This document shows positions 1 through 13,168 of a DNA stretch of 64,000 nt, one piece after another. Numbering within the stretch: the stretch's first letter is position 1; every line of letters starts with the position of its first letter. Below the pieces are notes generated by a model that was not told the origin of the DNA, did no database searches, and saw only the letters and a list, made by a program, of their open reading frames with translations. The stretch is from Podarcis bocagei (Eukaryota), in assembly GCA_964188305.1 (NCBI GenBank), contig OZ076885.1. One strand, written 5' to 3'. The translations under genes were made by a program, and so were the position numbers.

Positions 1-809
1 AACCAGAGCAAAAGGAGGAAATGGCGGGAATTTCCCGGCATAATAAGATGAGGGAGGGGCGGAAGGGGCAGTCCTGATCCTTCCGGCACACTGTTAATCT
101 AGCAGAGTGTAAGCAGCTTTCAATTTGCTTGAATTACAGCCCCGGGAAGCAGCCAGCCCCGGCTTAGTTTGTCGGCCAGTGTCGGGGCTGAAGGGGGAAG
201 CCAGGGGTTTCCCCATAAAGCCCCGGCAAGTGGCTCAAGGAACAGCCTAGACATCCCTGCGGGTCCTCCCACAGGGCTGCCTGGGCTGCGGAATGGTTCC
301 CGAAGCGTCGGGCGCTCTGCCTTCAGGGCGCCCGACGCTCCGAGAAGCAGGCTGCTATCCGCAGCCTAGGCAGCCCTGTGGGACCTCCCACAGGGCTGCC
401 TGGGCGGCGGAATGGTTCCCGAAGCGTCGGGCGCTCTGCTTTCAGGGCGCCCGACGCTCCGAGAAGCAGGCTGCTATCCGCAGCCTAGGCAGCCCTGTGG
501 GACCTCCCACAGGGCTGCCTGGGCGGCGGAATGGTTCCCGAAGCGTCGGGCGCTCTGCTTTCAGGGCGCCCGACGCTCCGAGAAGCAGGCTGCTATCCGC
601 AGCCTAGGCAGCCCTGTGGGACCTCCCACAGGGCTGCCTAGGCTGCGGATATCTTCCTGAAGCCTGGAGAGCGAGAGGGGTCGGTGCGCACCGACCCCTC
701 TCGCTCTCCAAGCTTCAGCAAAAGCCTGCATTCGCCCCATAAGACGCACCCAGATTTTCCCTTCATTTTTGGAGGGGAAAAAGTGCGTCTTATGGGGCGA
801 AAAATACGG
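1..809. mobile_element. Right part of a non-autonomous Tc2/pogo-like DNA transposon with GC-rich internal tandem array (left end not located)
   Basis: Ends ...gtgcgtcttatggggcgaaaaatacgg|TA with an inner ccccataagacgcac copy; same terminal sequence as the element at 60144-60403. Confidence 0.75.
245..651. repeat. 119-bp tandem repeat, about 3.4 near-identical copies
   Basis: aatggttccc recurs at 292, 411 and 530. Confidence 0.95.
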
Positions 810-1884
810 TATGTCTTATGTAAGATTTGTTCTAAGGATCTGATCAAAGACTTTGCAATGAGAAAAAGTAGAATTTTTTCCCCAAATATGAATAAAGTGG
901 AAGTATACAAAAATAAACATTACGTTCCATCTTTCTGTAGGTTTTGTTTCATTTCAAAAAATAAAATTTTGAATTAGATAAATATGGGGGCACCAAGTGC
1001 CTAGGACCTCCAAAGGTCTTAATCTGGCCCTGCTTCACAAGATGTCAGGTGCTAAACCAGCCTTGAAAATAAGTCCAGATATTTACAAGCCTGCTGAATC
1101 TTTGCAAAATAAGTCCCCCCTTACCCCCCACAGCAGAACTTTGCTTTCATATGCTAGGCACAGAGGCAGGGTAGAGGATGTAAGCTCTGCTCCATAAAAC
1201 ACCAGATGTAGCTGCAACCATTTTAAAAAGGGGAAATTCATTCCTCATTGCAAGAGCAGCACAGAAGAAAGCCCAGGGAAAGCACTTTAAGGGAGTGCGG
1301 GGGGGACGGACCCTTACAGGTAGCATGCAAAAATTTGCAATACTGCCAAGACAGAAGACCATAGTGCAGGAAGTGCTAAGAATGGGATTTTTAAAATAAT
1401 TATTTTTCATGTAGATAGAAGTACGCATAGTGGTTACTCACATTTTCTTAGGCTCCGTTAATAAATGTAACTGTTTGTGGGATAATTTATTCCTGAGGAG
1501 ACTAAAATGGTATTGCAGAACCCCCTCAGACCTGCATAGGAGAGAAACAAGTTTACACTGCCTGAGGAGTATGTTAAATTGTCTAGAAGATGCTTTGTTA
1601 CAGAAGCTACAAAGAAGAGAGGTTTATGTTCATGGTGAATCCATGGCAGGATAAATTCTGTGAAGTTTTGTTAGTGGTCCATCAACCCCTCCCTGCCCTC
1701 CTTCCCTCCCTCCTTTTCTTGTCCCACCTTCCTCCTGAAGGAGCTTGGGGCACCTGGTTTGTCTTTCAGCCTGCACTGAGATGGGGATCAATGTAGCATG
1801 TGTGGTCTGTATGCTTGCATGTGTGTGTGCATGTGAGAATGTGCGCTCTAGGAATGTGTGTGCATAAGTGAGAGAATGTGTACA

Positions 1885-2104
1885 CAGTGGTACCTCGGGT
1901 TAAGAACTTAATTCGTTCCGGAGGTCTGTTCTTAACCTGAAACTGTTCTTAACCTGAGGTACCACTTTAGCTAATGGGGCCTCCCGCTGCGCCGCCAGAG
2001 CATGATTTCTGTTCTCATCCTGAAGCAAAGTTCTTAACCCGAGGTACTGTTTCTGGGTTAGCAGAGTCTGTAACCTGAAGCGTATGTAACCCGAGGTACC
2101 ACTG
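1885..2104. mobile_element. Tigger-like MITE
   Basis: TIRs cagtggtacctcgggtta / taacccgaggtaccactg, 3' TA flank. Confidence 0.88.
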
Positions 2105-2184
2105 TACTCCTCCTAGTGTGTGCATGGGCACCTTCCTAATTCTGTTGTTGAATGTGATGCAAGGTCATAAATGGGATAGTTCTT

Positions 2185-2490
2185 GGTGCCCCCTCTATGT
2201 CCTCTGGCTTTTACCAGGGGGCAAGCTTTTAGTTTTGCAGTTCCTGCCCTGTGGAACTCCTTGCCAATAGAGGTTTGGCAGGTGTCATCTCTGCTATCTT
2301 ATAGATCTCTTTTTAAAATTGTGTTGTTCAGGCAGGCCTTTGAAATACAATTTTTTTTACTGACCATTTTACATTGATATGTCATTGGCATTTTTACTGT
2401 TATTATTGCAGTACTGTGTTTATAAGCTGTTCAATGCCTTGTTATATTTTCTATGAAAGTGTGGTTTCGAAATAACTAAATAATAAATGA
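2185..2490 (+). mobile_element. Degenerate L2 LINE 3' fragment
   Basis: AFSFAVPALWNSLP...FKIVLFRQAF is the typical L2 ORF2 C-terminus, followed by an AAAT-type tail. Confidence 0.7.
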
Positions 2491-4359
2491 ATAATAATAT
2501 CAGCTGAGGAATACAGGCCATAATGGAACTTAAGAGAACCGCGAGACTTATAGGAGTGTGTGGAGACAGGGGTTTACTGAAAATCCATTGTTTAAAGATT
2601 TGATGCCAAACCATACAGCACACAGACTCCCCATTCTCTTATGCCACAAAGTTTAAATGAATTTGGGAAGGATGAAGGAATGTGGCTTGATTAAAGAAAT
2701 CACCAAGCCTTTCATGACAGTACAAAAGTGCCACCTCGTGGAAAAAAGAAATAACTACAGTGCTAGGTAACTTTATTAATGACAACACAGACGTATTTGG
2801 ATCTTTTAATTTGGGTCTGATAATAAAATATTGTAAACATTGAAAGTTATTCCTGTAGGTTTTTTAAGTCATTTTCCAAATTTTTAAAAATGTACTAGTT
2901 TATGCTACAGTTTTTAATTTCAGGGTTGAAGCACCTTCCAGGTAGCTAAACTAGACAACTGTAGTTTATGCTTCAGCACTTGATCTTTATTATAGCTGCA
3001 CTTTTCCTTGAGCGCAAGTTCCCAAGTTCACCTAAAAAAACCCAACCCTTTAAAAAACTTCTTATCAAGTTTGTACCTTTCAGCATTTAATTTTCTGCTT
3101 GCAGCAATGTTGTGTTAAACTATAAGCTATATCACCCTTGGTCTTTGAGTGAAGCTTCATTGAAGGTATTGTCTTTATCATATGACAGACTTGTAAATAA
3201 ATGTTAAACAATTTTGTTGAAGTTCAGAGGATAAAAAAGGTCAGCAGTCTGCCTTCTTTATTCCTGATAAAACTACAAAGATAATAGCTTTGATTTATTT
3301 CCCTTTGAGGAGAGAATAACACAGTGCAGTATAGAGAATTTTTCACACTAGATATCTACATGATTTACATACTCTTTTAGAGAGTGCTGTTTTCTTCAAC
3401 TTTCTCCCCCAAAGAAATGTTAGCTTCCTTGTCTTACATAGGCACACAAAATAGAAAGTCTGTAGTACATTCCATGTTTTCGAGATGAGTATTGTTCAGT
3501 TTGTTTTAGCCTTTGACTTGAATATATATCATTAATTGCAGATTGTTAGCGTGATGGAGTGGTGCAGTTTCTTCTGCTAACTCCAAATCCATGTATATCT
3601 GTACAGTTTTTTGTCTCCAACACCAGCTCTGCCTATGTCATTATCTGATGAGGAAGGTTGTTGTGTACAAAAACTATTAGTTCATTTATAAGGTGCTAGG
3701 AAACTTTTGGGTTTCTTTCTAGGCTGGACTTTGTGTACCAAAGTCTGCTGCTGCCTGAGAACATTTCTCAAATTAGGAGGGTGGACTTCCTGGATGAGTA
3801 TGTCATGTGTGAGGAGCACAGATAATTTGACACCTGCTATTGAAAACAGGTATCTGTGGATTTCCCCAAAATGTGGATTTAAATCTGCTGCAGTTGATGG
3901 AATTGGATCATGAGTGCATGCTCTGGATCATAGTACTTAAGGCTGAAGATGCAGTGGTCAGATTGAGGAGTGTGGGTGGGTGCAGATGTGGAGGAGGCAG
4001 GAAGCAGAGAGGCATGGAGTGTACATGAAACTGCACTAAGTATGTAAATATAGGAGCTGTCTGTAAACCCTGGCCATAGTATGTGATGAGGGTGTCTACA
4101 GTTAGACTGCTATGATGCAACTGCAGTTGAGGAATTCCCCTTTTGCCCTTTGAATTGAGTATGTGATTTTCAGGGATGGGGTTAACAAAAGCGAGATTGC
4201 CACCTCTCCTATTTTATTTCATGATTATTATTATTGATATTATCATCATTAGGGTTCTATAAAGCCCTTCATCTTAAGATTGAGGGAAGTTTACAGGATT
4301 AAAAACAGCATTACAAACCAATTTTATCTATTATTTTTTAAAAAAAATCAATAATAAAG

Positions 4360-4792
4360 TGTAATGGGTATGGGGTTGCTCGTGCGTAAGTTGCCGCCTC
4401 TCCTGGCTATGTTGCCTGGTTAAACCTTTCTGTCTGGACAGCCCTTCACTTCGTGGCTGCCTCAGTCGCTAGCAGAATCCGTCAGTGGGCGTTTCTTAAA
4501 CCTTTTCCAACATAAAAGTTGTTTGACACCCAGTCTCCTCCTACTCTCTCTGCGCGGAAGTCTTCTGTGCAGGGTGGGCGTGGGTAGCGGAGGACCCGTG
4601 CTCTCCCCGCTGGTGTCCGGTGAAGAGTCCTGGAGCCCTCTCGCCGATTCCCCCATCAGCCCCTCTATATCCCTGGTGTTGCGCTGATTTGCTTCCCCAT
4701 CTGCGGAGCTGCCTCTCTCCCTGCTGGGCCCTTCTCCAGCATCATTTGAGAGCCTTCCCTCCGCCTCTAGCTCCAATGTCAGTTCCCTGACA
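4360..4792 (-). mobile_element. Solo LTR (Gypsy-like), 433 bp
   Basis: TGT...ACA termini flanked by a perfect 5-bp TSD TAAAG (4355-4359, 4793-4797); GC-rich island in AT-rich DNA. Strand inferred from the internal open frame. Confidence 0.8.
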
Positions 4793-6186
4793 TAAAGTAA
4801 CATTGGTTTGTACAACCCACTAAGCCAAACCTTGTCCTAGCTCAGTATGGCAGAGGAGCAAAAAAGGACCAGAGATGGGCAAAGTGACTACAAGCTCTTC
4901 TCCAGAAGTCTGTATGCTTGTGCAGCCTCACAAAGACAGCATTTGCCAAGTGGTGCAAAGCAGGTAAGTGATTTAAAAGCAGCAGAACTGGATAAAATAA
5001 AAACAATAAAGTTTTTGTAAAAGTCTTTTTTTTGGGGGGGGGGTAAAAAAACAACAACCAGGGAGAATAAAAGACCTGGCACAAAAAAGATAGCATAATA
5101 CGTGCCATGTGAGTATTTCTGGGGGAGGAGTACCACAACCAAAAGTGCCCTCTCTCTAGTTGCCACCTGCCTTACTTGCATCAGTGGGATGTTCAAAGAA
5201 GAGCATTGGCACGTGACCTAAGTGTACAGTCTGTATTTGGTTTCTGTCTTAGATTTTAAGAGCTGTTGAGTTTCTGAGAAATTATTTTTGTGAATCACAT
5301 AACAGTAGCAGTGTTTGCTTTGATAGCAAGCAGGTTTTTCTTGATACTTTTTTTCCTTTGTGCACTGGAGTGCATTATTCCTATACCTATGTTTTAGGAG
5401 TAGCAGGTTCAAGATATGCGAAGGTGGGGATTTGTATCTTACGCCAGATGAAATGAAAATCTACTTGGGCAATAGCTCCTCCATTATCTTACTTCAACAG
5501 ATAAAGCAAACACTATAAATCAGCATTTTATTACTAAGGCAAGATACAAAAGATGGCTTTAACAGTCCTGCACAGAGGGAGTAGATAAGAAGCATTTGTC
5601 CTTTCATTAGTGTATGTAATACCATATTTGAATTAATATTCAACACAATAAAAAGTGAACAAAAATTGGCGACAACTGATGGTGGTGAGCAGCCATGCTG
5701 AATTATATGATTTTAATAATTTGTGGCAATCTTTCCTTTTCTTATGTAATTATTTTTTTGGAAAGTAAAAGGCTACAGCCTTACAGCAACGTATAAGAGA
5801 TTTTAATAGAGATTGAATAGAGAATGCAGTGTAGTGGATTTGAACAGGGAACATACTTTCCATACAGCATATACTGGCATCTCTCTGGAATATATAAAAT
5901 AGGTATATGAAATATACCTCACAGACGTAGGCTGCAATCCTTACTCCCTGATGGAGAGAGTTAGGATGGTGTGTAGAGTTTTCCCCCACTGGCTTTTGTC
6001 CCAGCTCCACCAAAGTGGGCAGAAAACTACAGTTGGTGGTTCTTATTCTGATGGTAGACAGCTGAAAGGATAGAAACAGATTAGTTTGTTTTGAGGTGGG
6101 GTGGCAGAGGCTAAGTCCCATGGATCCTTCCCCCAAAGGGCCAATCCTTAGGCCTCTCAGTTTTGCCAACCAGGAGCTGGTATAAC

Positions 6187-6188
6187 GA

Positions 6189-6246
<58 letters not shown>
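6187..6246. repeat. (GAAA)15 microsatellite
   Basis: Direct reading. Confidence 0.98.
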
Positions 6247-6247
<1 letters not shown>

Positions 6248-9200
6248 GCTTTCAATGCAACAGAGGACCAAACTTTTGCACCTCCCTGGCCCCTTGATAG
6301 TATAGTATATAACTTTGTGGAGGTAATTAAATAGGCATATACTGACCCAGGGTGCTTTTATGTATAATATTTACCATGAGAAAGGGCAGTGTTAAATGTA
6401 CTTCATGTTTCTTTATTTATTGAGTGAGCATGTATGGGGTAAAGCAGTTCTTTAAGTAAACTTGTCCAAAACTTTTTTACAATAATAACATCACGATGTT
6501 ATCAGCATAATCTGTGAAAACCAATCTATGAGACCAATGTGATGGTCATATTTTTAAGTAAATTATCATGTCCTATGATGTACTTACCACACAGAGAGAG
6601 CATCCAATTAGTCCAGTTAAGCATCTACGTATATATTTGTTTTCACTTGTTTTTCTTAATATCTTCTATGATGCTATCCATTTCAGCCGTCTACTTTAAT
6701 GTATGGTGAATATATGTTGGTAATTAAGCAAGCATTTTTGTTAAAAAAAGAAGATAACATTGAAAAAATATATTAGAAAAATTATTAAATAATTTATTTT
6801 AAATAATTACAATATTTTAGATAAACCGTATGTAACACCTAGGTATGAGTGGTAGCTACACTCAGTAATATGGATAATACTAAATATCTGATGAAGTCAC
6901 CTCAAGTGTTTTATTTTTCTCATTGGCTAATGTTTTCTTAGTTCCAGCTGTGTTGTATGTCTGTGTGTGAGATTAGTGTTCATAGCAGTATGAAGCATTA
7001 GTTAGCGGCTTGACTAGTTAAATAATTACCTTTACTTGTACAGACTTGGCCCTTGTTGTCCTTGACAATAGGATGCTCTCATGTGCAATTAAACATTAAT
7101 TTGCCCCCACTCTCCTTGGGTCTCTGCTTATGGATTTTTTTCATTTCCAGTTATGCCCCACTGATTATAAAACCTTGGTTTCCAGCCGCTGAAAACCTGA
7201 TTAGACTTGTGCTGCTCTGATATAAGGTTGATCGCCCGCCCCGGTATACTTTCTAGGCTTACTATTTTGGAGCAAGTATAAATAGCAAGTAAAATATTCA
7301 TTCCTTTTTTAAATATAGGGAATGGGAACATTTTGAAGTTACAGTGGTGTTTTGTGCGACCAATCAAATGTGAGTGTATCAGGTAAGAATTAATTTTTTG
7401 TTAATAATCAATTTCATTTTCAAATGCTGGGTTTGTAGAAACACACAATAGGTTTCTCTTTTAGAAAAAGCACATACATGCATCTAAACGGATTTCTTAC
7501 GCTGCAGTGCTATACACCCATCACAAAGCAGCAGAGTTCTACCACGTACCACTCATAGTAGATACTGAAATGTGATAAAAGACAGTATTTACCACACTGC
7601 ATGTCTACAGTATGCATTGCACTGCAATGTTGCACACTCACTAACTCGTCACATTTAGGCTAAGCAATCACTTAGTCAGTCTAGATAATAAGTAGGCAGA
7701 AGTAAGAAAGATGAACAGCTACCATGAAGCTATGCAGTAGTTGGGGAGATAATATTTTTTGGCTGGCAGGTATGAATGGGCCAGTCATGTATCAATGAAG
7801 AACAAGAAGGCGATGACTACAGTGCTTCTTTCAGGTTTAATATCAGTCAGTTCAAAGGATCAGATATTAGGTGACCAGAATGGAGTGTAAGTCAGTCAGA
7901 TAAGCAAGGAACATCTAGGCTGTAATGTTACTATAGCAAGAGTTAGAGTGCACATCATTCCCTCTCAGTGGGGAAGATGTTTCTTGCACTGTTCTCTGTT
8001 GTTAGACTCTAGTGCACTAACTCCGTAAAGCAGTCCAGACTTGTTTTTATGGAAGCAGTAGTTTGCTGACCTAGATGGGGATTTCGCTGGAGTTGGTGAT
8101 ATGACAGCTATGTCTGGAAGAAAAGCAGAAGGCCTTGGAGGGTAATCATACTATGTGGCAGGGTAGCCCCAAATACTGATGGAGTGTCTTTTTTTTTTGT
8201 AAAAAAATAATAATTCTTATCTTTGTTTAGGTGTAGGTTGTGACTTCTCTTGAAAATATATTTTGTAGGATCTAGTGACTGCCTCATTTCATACATGTTA
8301 TAGACAGTTGTGGACCTGTGAAAACAGGTTATGTAGGCAGTAAGCTTCCTATATATGACAGGTTGCAGAATTCCCTTGTTTGTATATTCCTGTCCTGTCA
8401 TCAGTCATTCTCCCAGGAACAAAATCATTTATTTACTTTGCTTTAAATTCTGCCCTGCTGAAGGATGCAAGGTGTTGATATCAAGTACGGAACACTATAG
8501 GTAGACCCATTCCCCTTGGAGGACTCAACAACAGAAACATAAATTGACCCAGAGAGGATGGAGAAAAAATAAACAAATGCATAAAAAAAAACATTAGTCT
8601 TCCTTCAAATACATGCATAGAACAATATCAGAGTTATAATTCATATTTTTAAAATGATGCTGTGCACTGTTGAAAAAAAATCCAATCATAACTGGCAAGA
8701 AATCTGCTTTTTTGAGATTAGAAAAGGAATTTTCTTGTCAAGTGTCTTACAACAAAGGACAGATTTTTTTTAAAAAAACTTTGAGGAAATGACATGGTGA
8801 TGTCCTTTCAAATGAGGAAATGAATCCTCTTCCTGTGAAAATGAAATCCTCCACATATCTCAGTTGCCTTTTAAGCCTTTCAACCTGTCAATGAAATTGT
8901 GTAATCAAATAATAGCATGCCTGAAGCTTATAGCCTTTTCTTGAGAAGTAGTATCATCAAACGATGTGCTCTATTGATTTTAATCACACTGAACCAGATT
9001 TTTTAAACTTAGAGTAACGGTATTGGCTTCAGTAGGATTACTCCAGAATTTATATCATATAAGCACAGAATTCTGTTCATTTAAGCAAAATATTATCCAC
9101 TATAAGGTACTGGAACATCACTAGGTGAAAGAAAATATGGTCGGATTTTCTTTTTCTGGAAGCTATTCAAATAGTCTTTCCCTCTGACCACCTGCTAAAA

Positions 9201-12200
9201 TTGTCAGATATTTGCCTCCATTTTGTGATGAGTATTCAAGGTCATTGCAGTGCTCAAATGTACATGCTGTTTTACTTTTTCTTCCTAGTCAGCCTGAGTT
9301 CTTGTTCACTTTTTCATTTTTTATCCATCATATATTGTACTTCAACACTGCTATGCTAAAAGTGCATTTTCTTTTTAGTTTATTAAAGGTATTTTCCAGT
9401 TAATCCTAACACTTCTGAGCATGTCTACTGGTTCCCAAACATGTTCAACCACTAAAACTTGCATGCTCTTTACAGTTTTATTATTTAATTATTTTGGGGA
9501 TTTATATATGCACTGCCTTTCAAAACATAAAATCTTTCCAACTACCATAAAAACATCATTCAATACATCAATATTATAATTAAAAGAGGAGTAGAAAGCA
9601 GTTTGATAATTATCCTTTGAGCAGGAAACTGTTTCAAATTCTGCTAAATTTTGCTGTGCAGGAGCTTAAATGAAAGAGTATTAACAGTATGTTTTATTGA
9701 CTTTGCTTTTCCATTAATTTTTCACTTTATAAATGGAGCTATTAAGTTCTTACTTCGCTGTAGAACGTTTCAGTTTGTCAGGATTTTGTAGGTGGTATGA
9801 AAAGAACTAATTCCATAAACACAACGATTTCACCCCCTCTCTTCCCCCTTCATGGCCCCTAAATCTGTTCTGTGGTTTTTTCCTACCCTGTAGATCAAAT
9901 TTGAGGAGGATATGGGGTTCTCATGCGCAGGGAGTTTTGGTGTGTAACTGGGAATTTTTTATGTAGAAGGAAAAATCTCGTTGGATATTGCCCTGTAAAT
10001 TGTCTTCTGAAAAGCCTTCCCCCAGCTCTCCAGAACAGATTTGTGCCAGTGTGTAGGAACTACAAGGAACAGCGGGATTCAGCAGCCTCTAACTCAGTGG
10101 CTGTCACTGCCCCAGAAGATCAAGTACCTATTGTTCATATTCATTGCAAACCTTGAAAGTATTTGATGGGGAAAACAGACTTAAGATCTTGCAAATCACT
10201 TTCTGGTTTTCTCACTTGCCCCAAATATGCTTCCAGAGATGCTTCCCCCCTTTATGGCTTCTCTTTCCAAGGTACCTCCAGAATTTCAGTACCTTCCCTG
10301 TCCCTCCGCAGTCTGCATTATCCTGATCCCAATCCGAACCTCCAAATTCCACCCACAAGGTAAACTCTTTGCAGGGAACATGGCTAAGGTTGTGCAAATT
10401 TATACAAGTTCATGTTTTGCTATTCAAAAAAATCTTTTGGTTTCTTCTTACAGAGTCTGTATTGCCATGGTGCAAAATTTGATTTTATTGGGAAGAAAAC
10501 TTCACAGTGACCTTCAGCAGAGTAACTAGAATAATAACTCAGTGAGTTGATACACTTTGGCAGTACAAAAATTAAAATAAAATACTAGCAGGGAAGCATT
10601 TACTTCATGTATATTTGCTTTGAGATGCAACCAGGCATATATAATGTGGTTAAGCAAATGTAACCTATTTCCATTTAGACAATTTTGACAGTGATTGATT
10701 TTGATCTATAATGGCATGGCTGAAATATTGATAAACTTGAGTTAGCACCTTCAAATATTTGAATGCGACACATCACAAAGTACATAGGTGAGATGACAGA
10801 CCCAGTTGTGCTTATTGCTTGTGAATGTACTCTTAGAAACATAAAAGGATAATCAGAGAATCATAGAATTGTAGAGTTGGAAGTAATAAAAGTTTTGTGT
10901 TTGTTAAGCAGAGATGAAATGTTTGGATACAGTTACATAGTATTGTTTTGTTTTTCGTTTAATTATCTAGCTATTGGTTTTAGACTTTAATAACATGGCA
11001 AAATTGCACATGAGCTTCCTATAGCATTCTGGTCAAAATGTAAAGGGTCTGTTTCACCTGTAAGGACTTTACACACCTTTTGCTTTGATTATTACAAGCT
11101 TTGGTCTGTCCAGAAGGGATTATAATTATTTATCCTGCATTTGTTTAGATAACTTCTGTTCTTCTTTGATATTTTAGGAATCCTTTAAAAGGTACTCTGG
11201 CTCTCTGCATAAAAAGAGATTAGGAAGCTAGCTATAAATTTGATATGCTTGGCTAACACTAAAAGCGTACAAGAGATTCTTTAGGTTAATTATTCTTCAG
11301 TATCCATGTGGTGGGTAAATCACACTTGCACTTTGCATGGCTGACCATTAAGCTCATTGATATTGCTGCTATATGTCAGGGATGGCTGACTTCTGCGTTG
11401 TTGGGGACCATGCCATTCTCCTAATCACCTGGTGGTAGGAAGTGTCTATTAACTAGCAACTGACTTTCTCATGAGTAGTCAAGCTCCATAATAAAGTAGG
11501 TGCATTGCAATACTTAGGCTATCACAATTATAGAACCCATGTGCTCAAGGTTTAGCCAGGACATTACCTACAAAATCCAAAAGAGAGAGTATGTGTGGAG
11601 TCACTGTTTCTTGGGAATGGAATCTATTTTCCTTTTCCTTACAGCTGAAACTGTAGACCAGCCTTTCATGACACCATGCTTAGAATTTGGTTGGGCTGTA
11701 GAGGGTGCTGTAAAATGATTTGGTCCCAGGCTTGCCAGTTGGTCTTTCCTGTCATATATTTAACGTCAAAATTTTAAACCCTTTTTTTATAGTCTCATAG
11801 CAAACATTGGAACAAGCACAGCTCATTAATTTTTAGAGATGTGCAAAACCAAGACCCATGTTAGACCTACTGCCAACATGTGAGATGCTGGGCCCACCTG
11901 ATTCCTGGCATGCCCATGGCAGTAGCCAACAGGGCTGAGGGGGCAGCTTTGATTGGAGCTCTGGACTGCATGCTCACCATTCTGCCATATTAATTATGCT
12001 GCCCTGGTGTGCTTCTGGCATGGAATCCAGAGCTCCAAGTGACAATGGGGACTGCAGGGGGCAGCTCGGCAATGACACAGATCAGAGCTATCCTGATTAT
12101 GTTTGTATTGGCTTCAGCCTACACATTTCACAGTTGAAGTGGCATAAGATGGTTGTGCCACCACCATCGTAGATAGGTTGGCAGGTAGCAATCTCGGAGG

Positions 12201-12984
12201 TGGAGTAGACATATCTCAGAAGTTGTTGGATCTGGGGGAATATACCCAGTGAGGAATATAAAGAACATTAGAGAGCAAAGGCTCTTCTTTTAAGGATCAA
12301 GCAATAAGATAGGATCCAAAGGCTTATCTAGTCCAACATCCTACCAAATACCTGGAGCCCTGTCAATTCATTCAAGCTAGCCGAATACACATTTACCTCT
12401 CTAGCATAATAGGTTTTGTTTTATGTTTTCAATTTTTATTCTACAACTGAGAATATAAACAGGGAAGAATTCAGTGTTGTGCTTTTACAAATGTCCTGTC
12501 AGCACAAGCACCGAACAACCCCGCCTCTCTCCTCTATGAACGTTTCTGGGGGTTTTCCCATTCCCACTGAGCCAATTTGGGGTGCAGGCGCAGGAGGCAA
12601 GACAGGAGGAAGAACCTTGTTATGCTAGGGGAAGTCCAGTTAGTTGAATCCAGCCCAGAATGATAAAGTAACTAATAACAAACAACAAAACATTCTAGCA
12701 TGCTGTTTCTGTATGGTTTTTTTTTTTTGGGGGGGTGTCTTTTAGTTTATGAATAGTAGGCAGATTGAACTTAGTCTGTAGATTTCAGTGGTTTCTTTCT
12801 ATCCATTCTTACTCCAGCTCCCTTCCATGACAGTGCTACCTATTTCAACATGGTCCTCACTTTTTGAGGTAAGACTTTAGGTTGTACATAATATTCCTTC
12901 TAATATTACAACATAAAAAATGTAGCATTATATATTCCCCTTTTGTAAGCTGAAATCATCAAGATAAATAATTTCTCCTGCTTA

Positions 12985-13168
12985 AAAAAGGTAAAGGACC
13001 CCTGACAGTTAAGTCCAGTTGTGAACAACTCTGGGGTTGTTGCGCTCATCTCGCTTTACTGGCCGAGGGAGCCGATGTTTGTCTGCAGACAGTTTTTCCG
13101 GGTCATGTGGTCAGCATGACTAAGCCGCTTCTGGCGAAACCAGAGCAGCGCACAGAAACGCCGTTTAA
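12985..13168 (-). mobile_element. Sauria SINE, 3' half
   Basis: Nearly colinear with the 63347-63710 copy; ACCTTT tail; followed by (TG)/(CA) repeats to about 13220. Confidence 0.9.

Noticed and set aside
169-749. Overlapping repetitive ORFs; CRISPR-like or CpG-island promoter reading of the GC-rich start
   Set aside because: The ORFs are translations of the 119-bp tandem unit. The units have no unique spacers, the DNA is eukaryotic, and the region ends in a transposon TIR plus TA.
5750-6271. 173-aa minus-strand ORF
   Set aside because: Inflated by the (GAAA)n repeat; no recognisable domain or splice structure.
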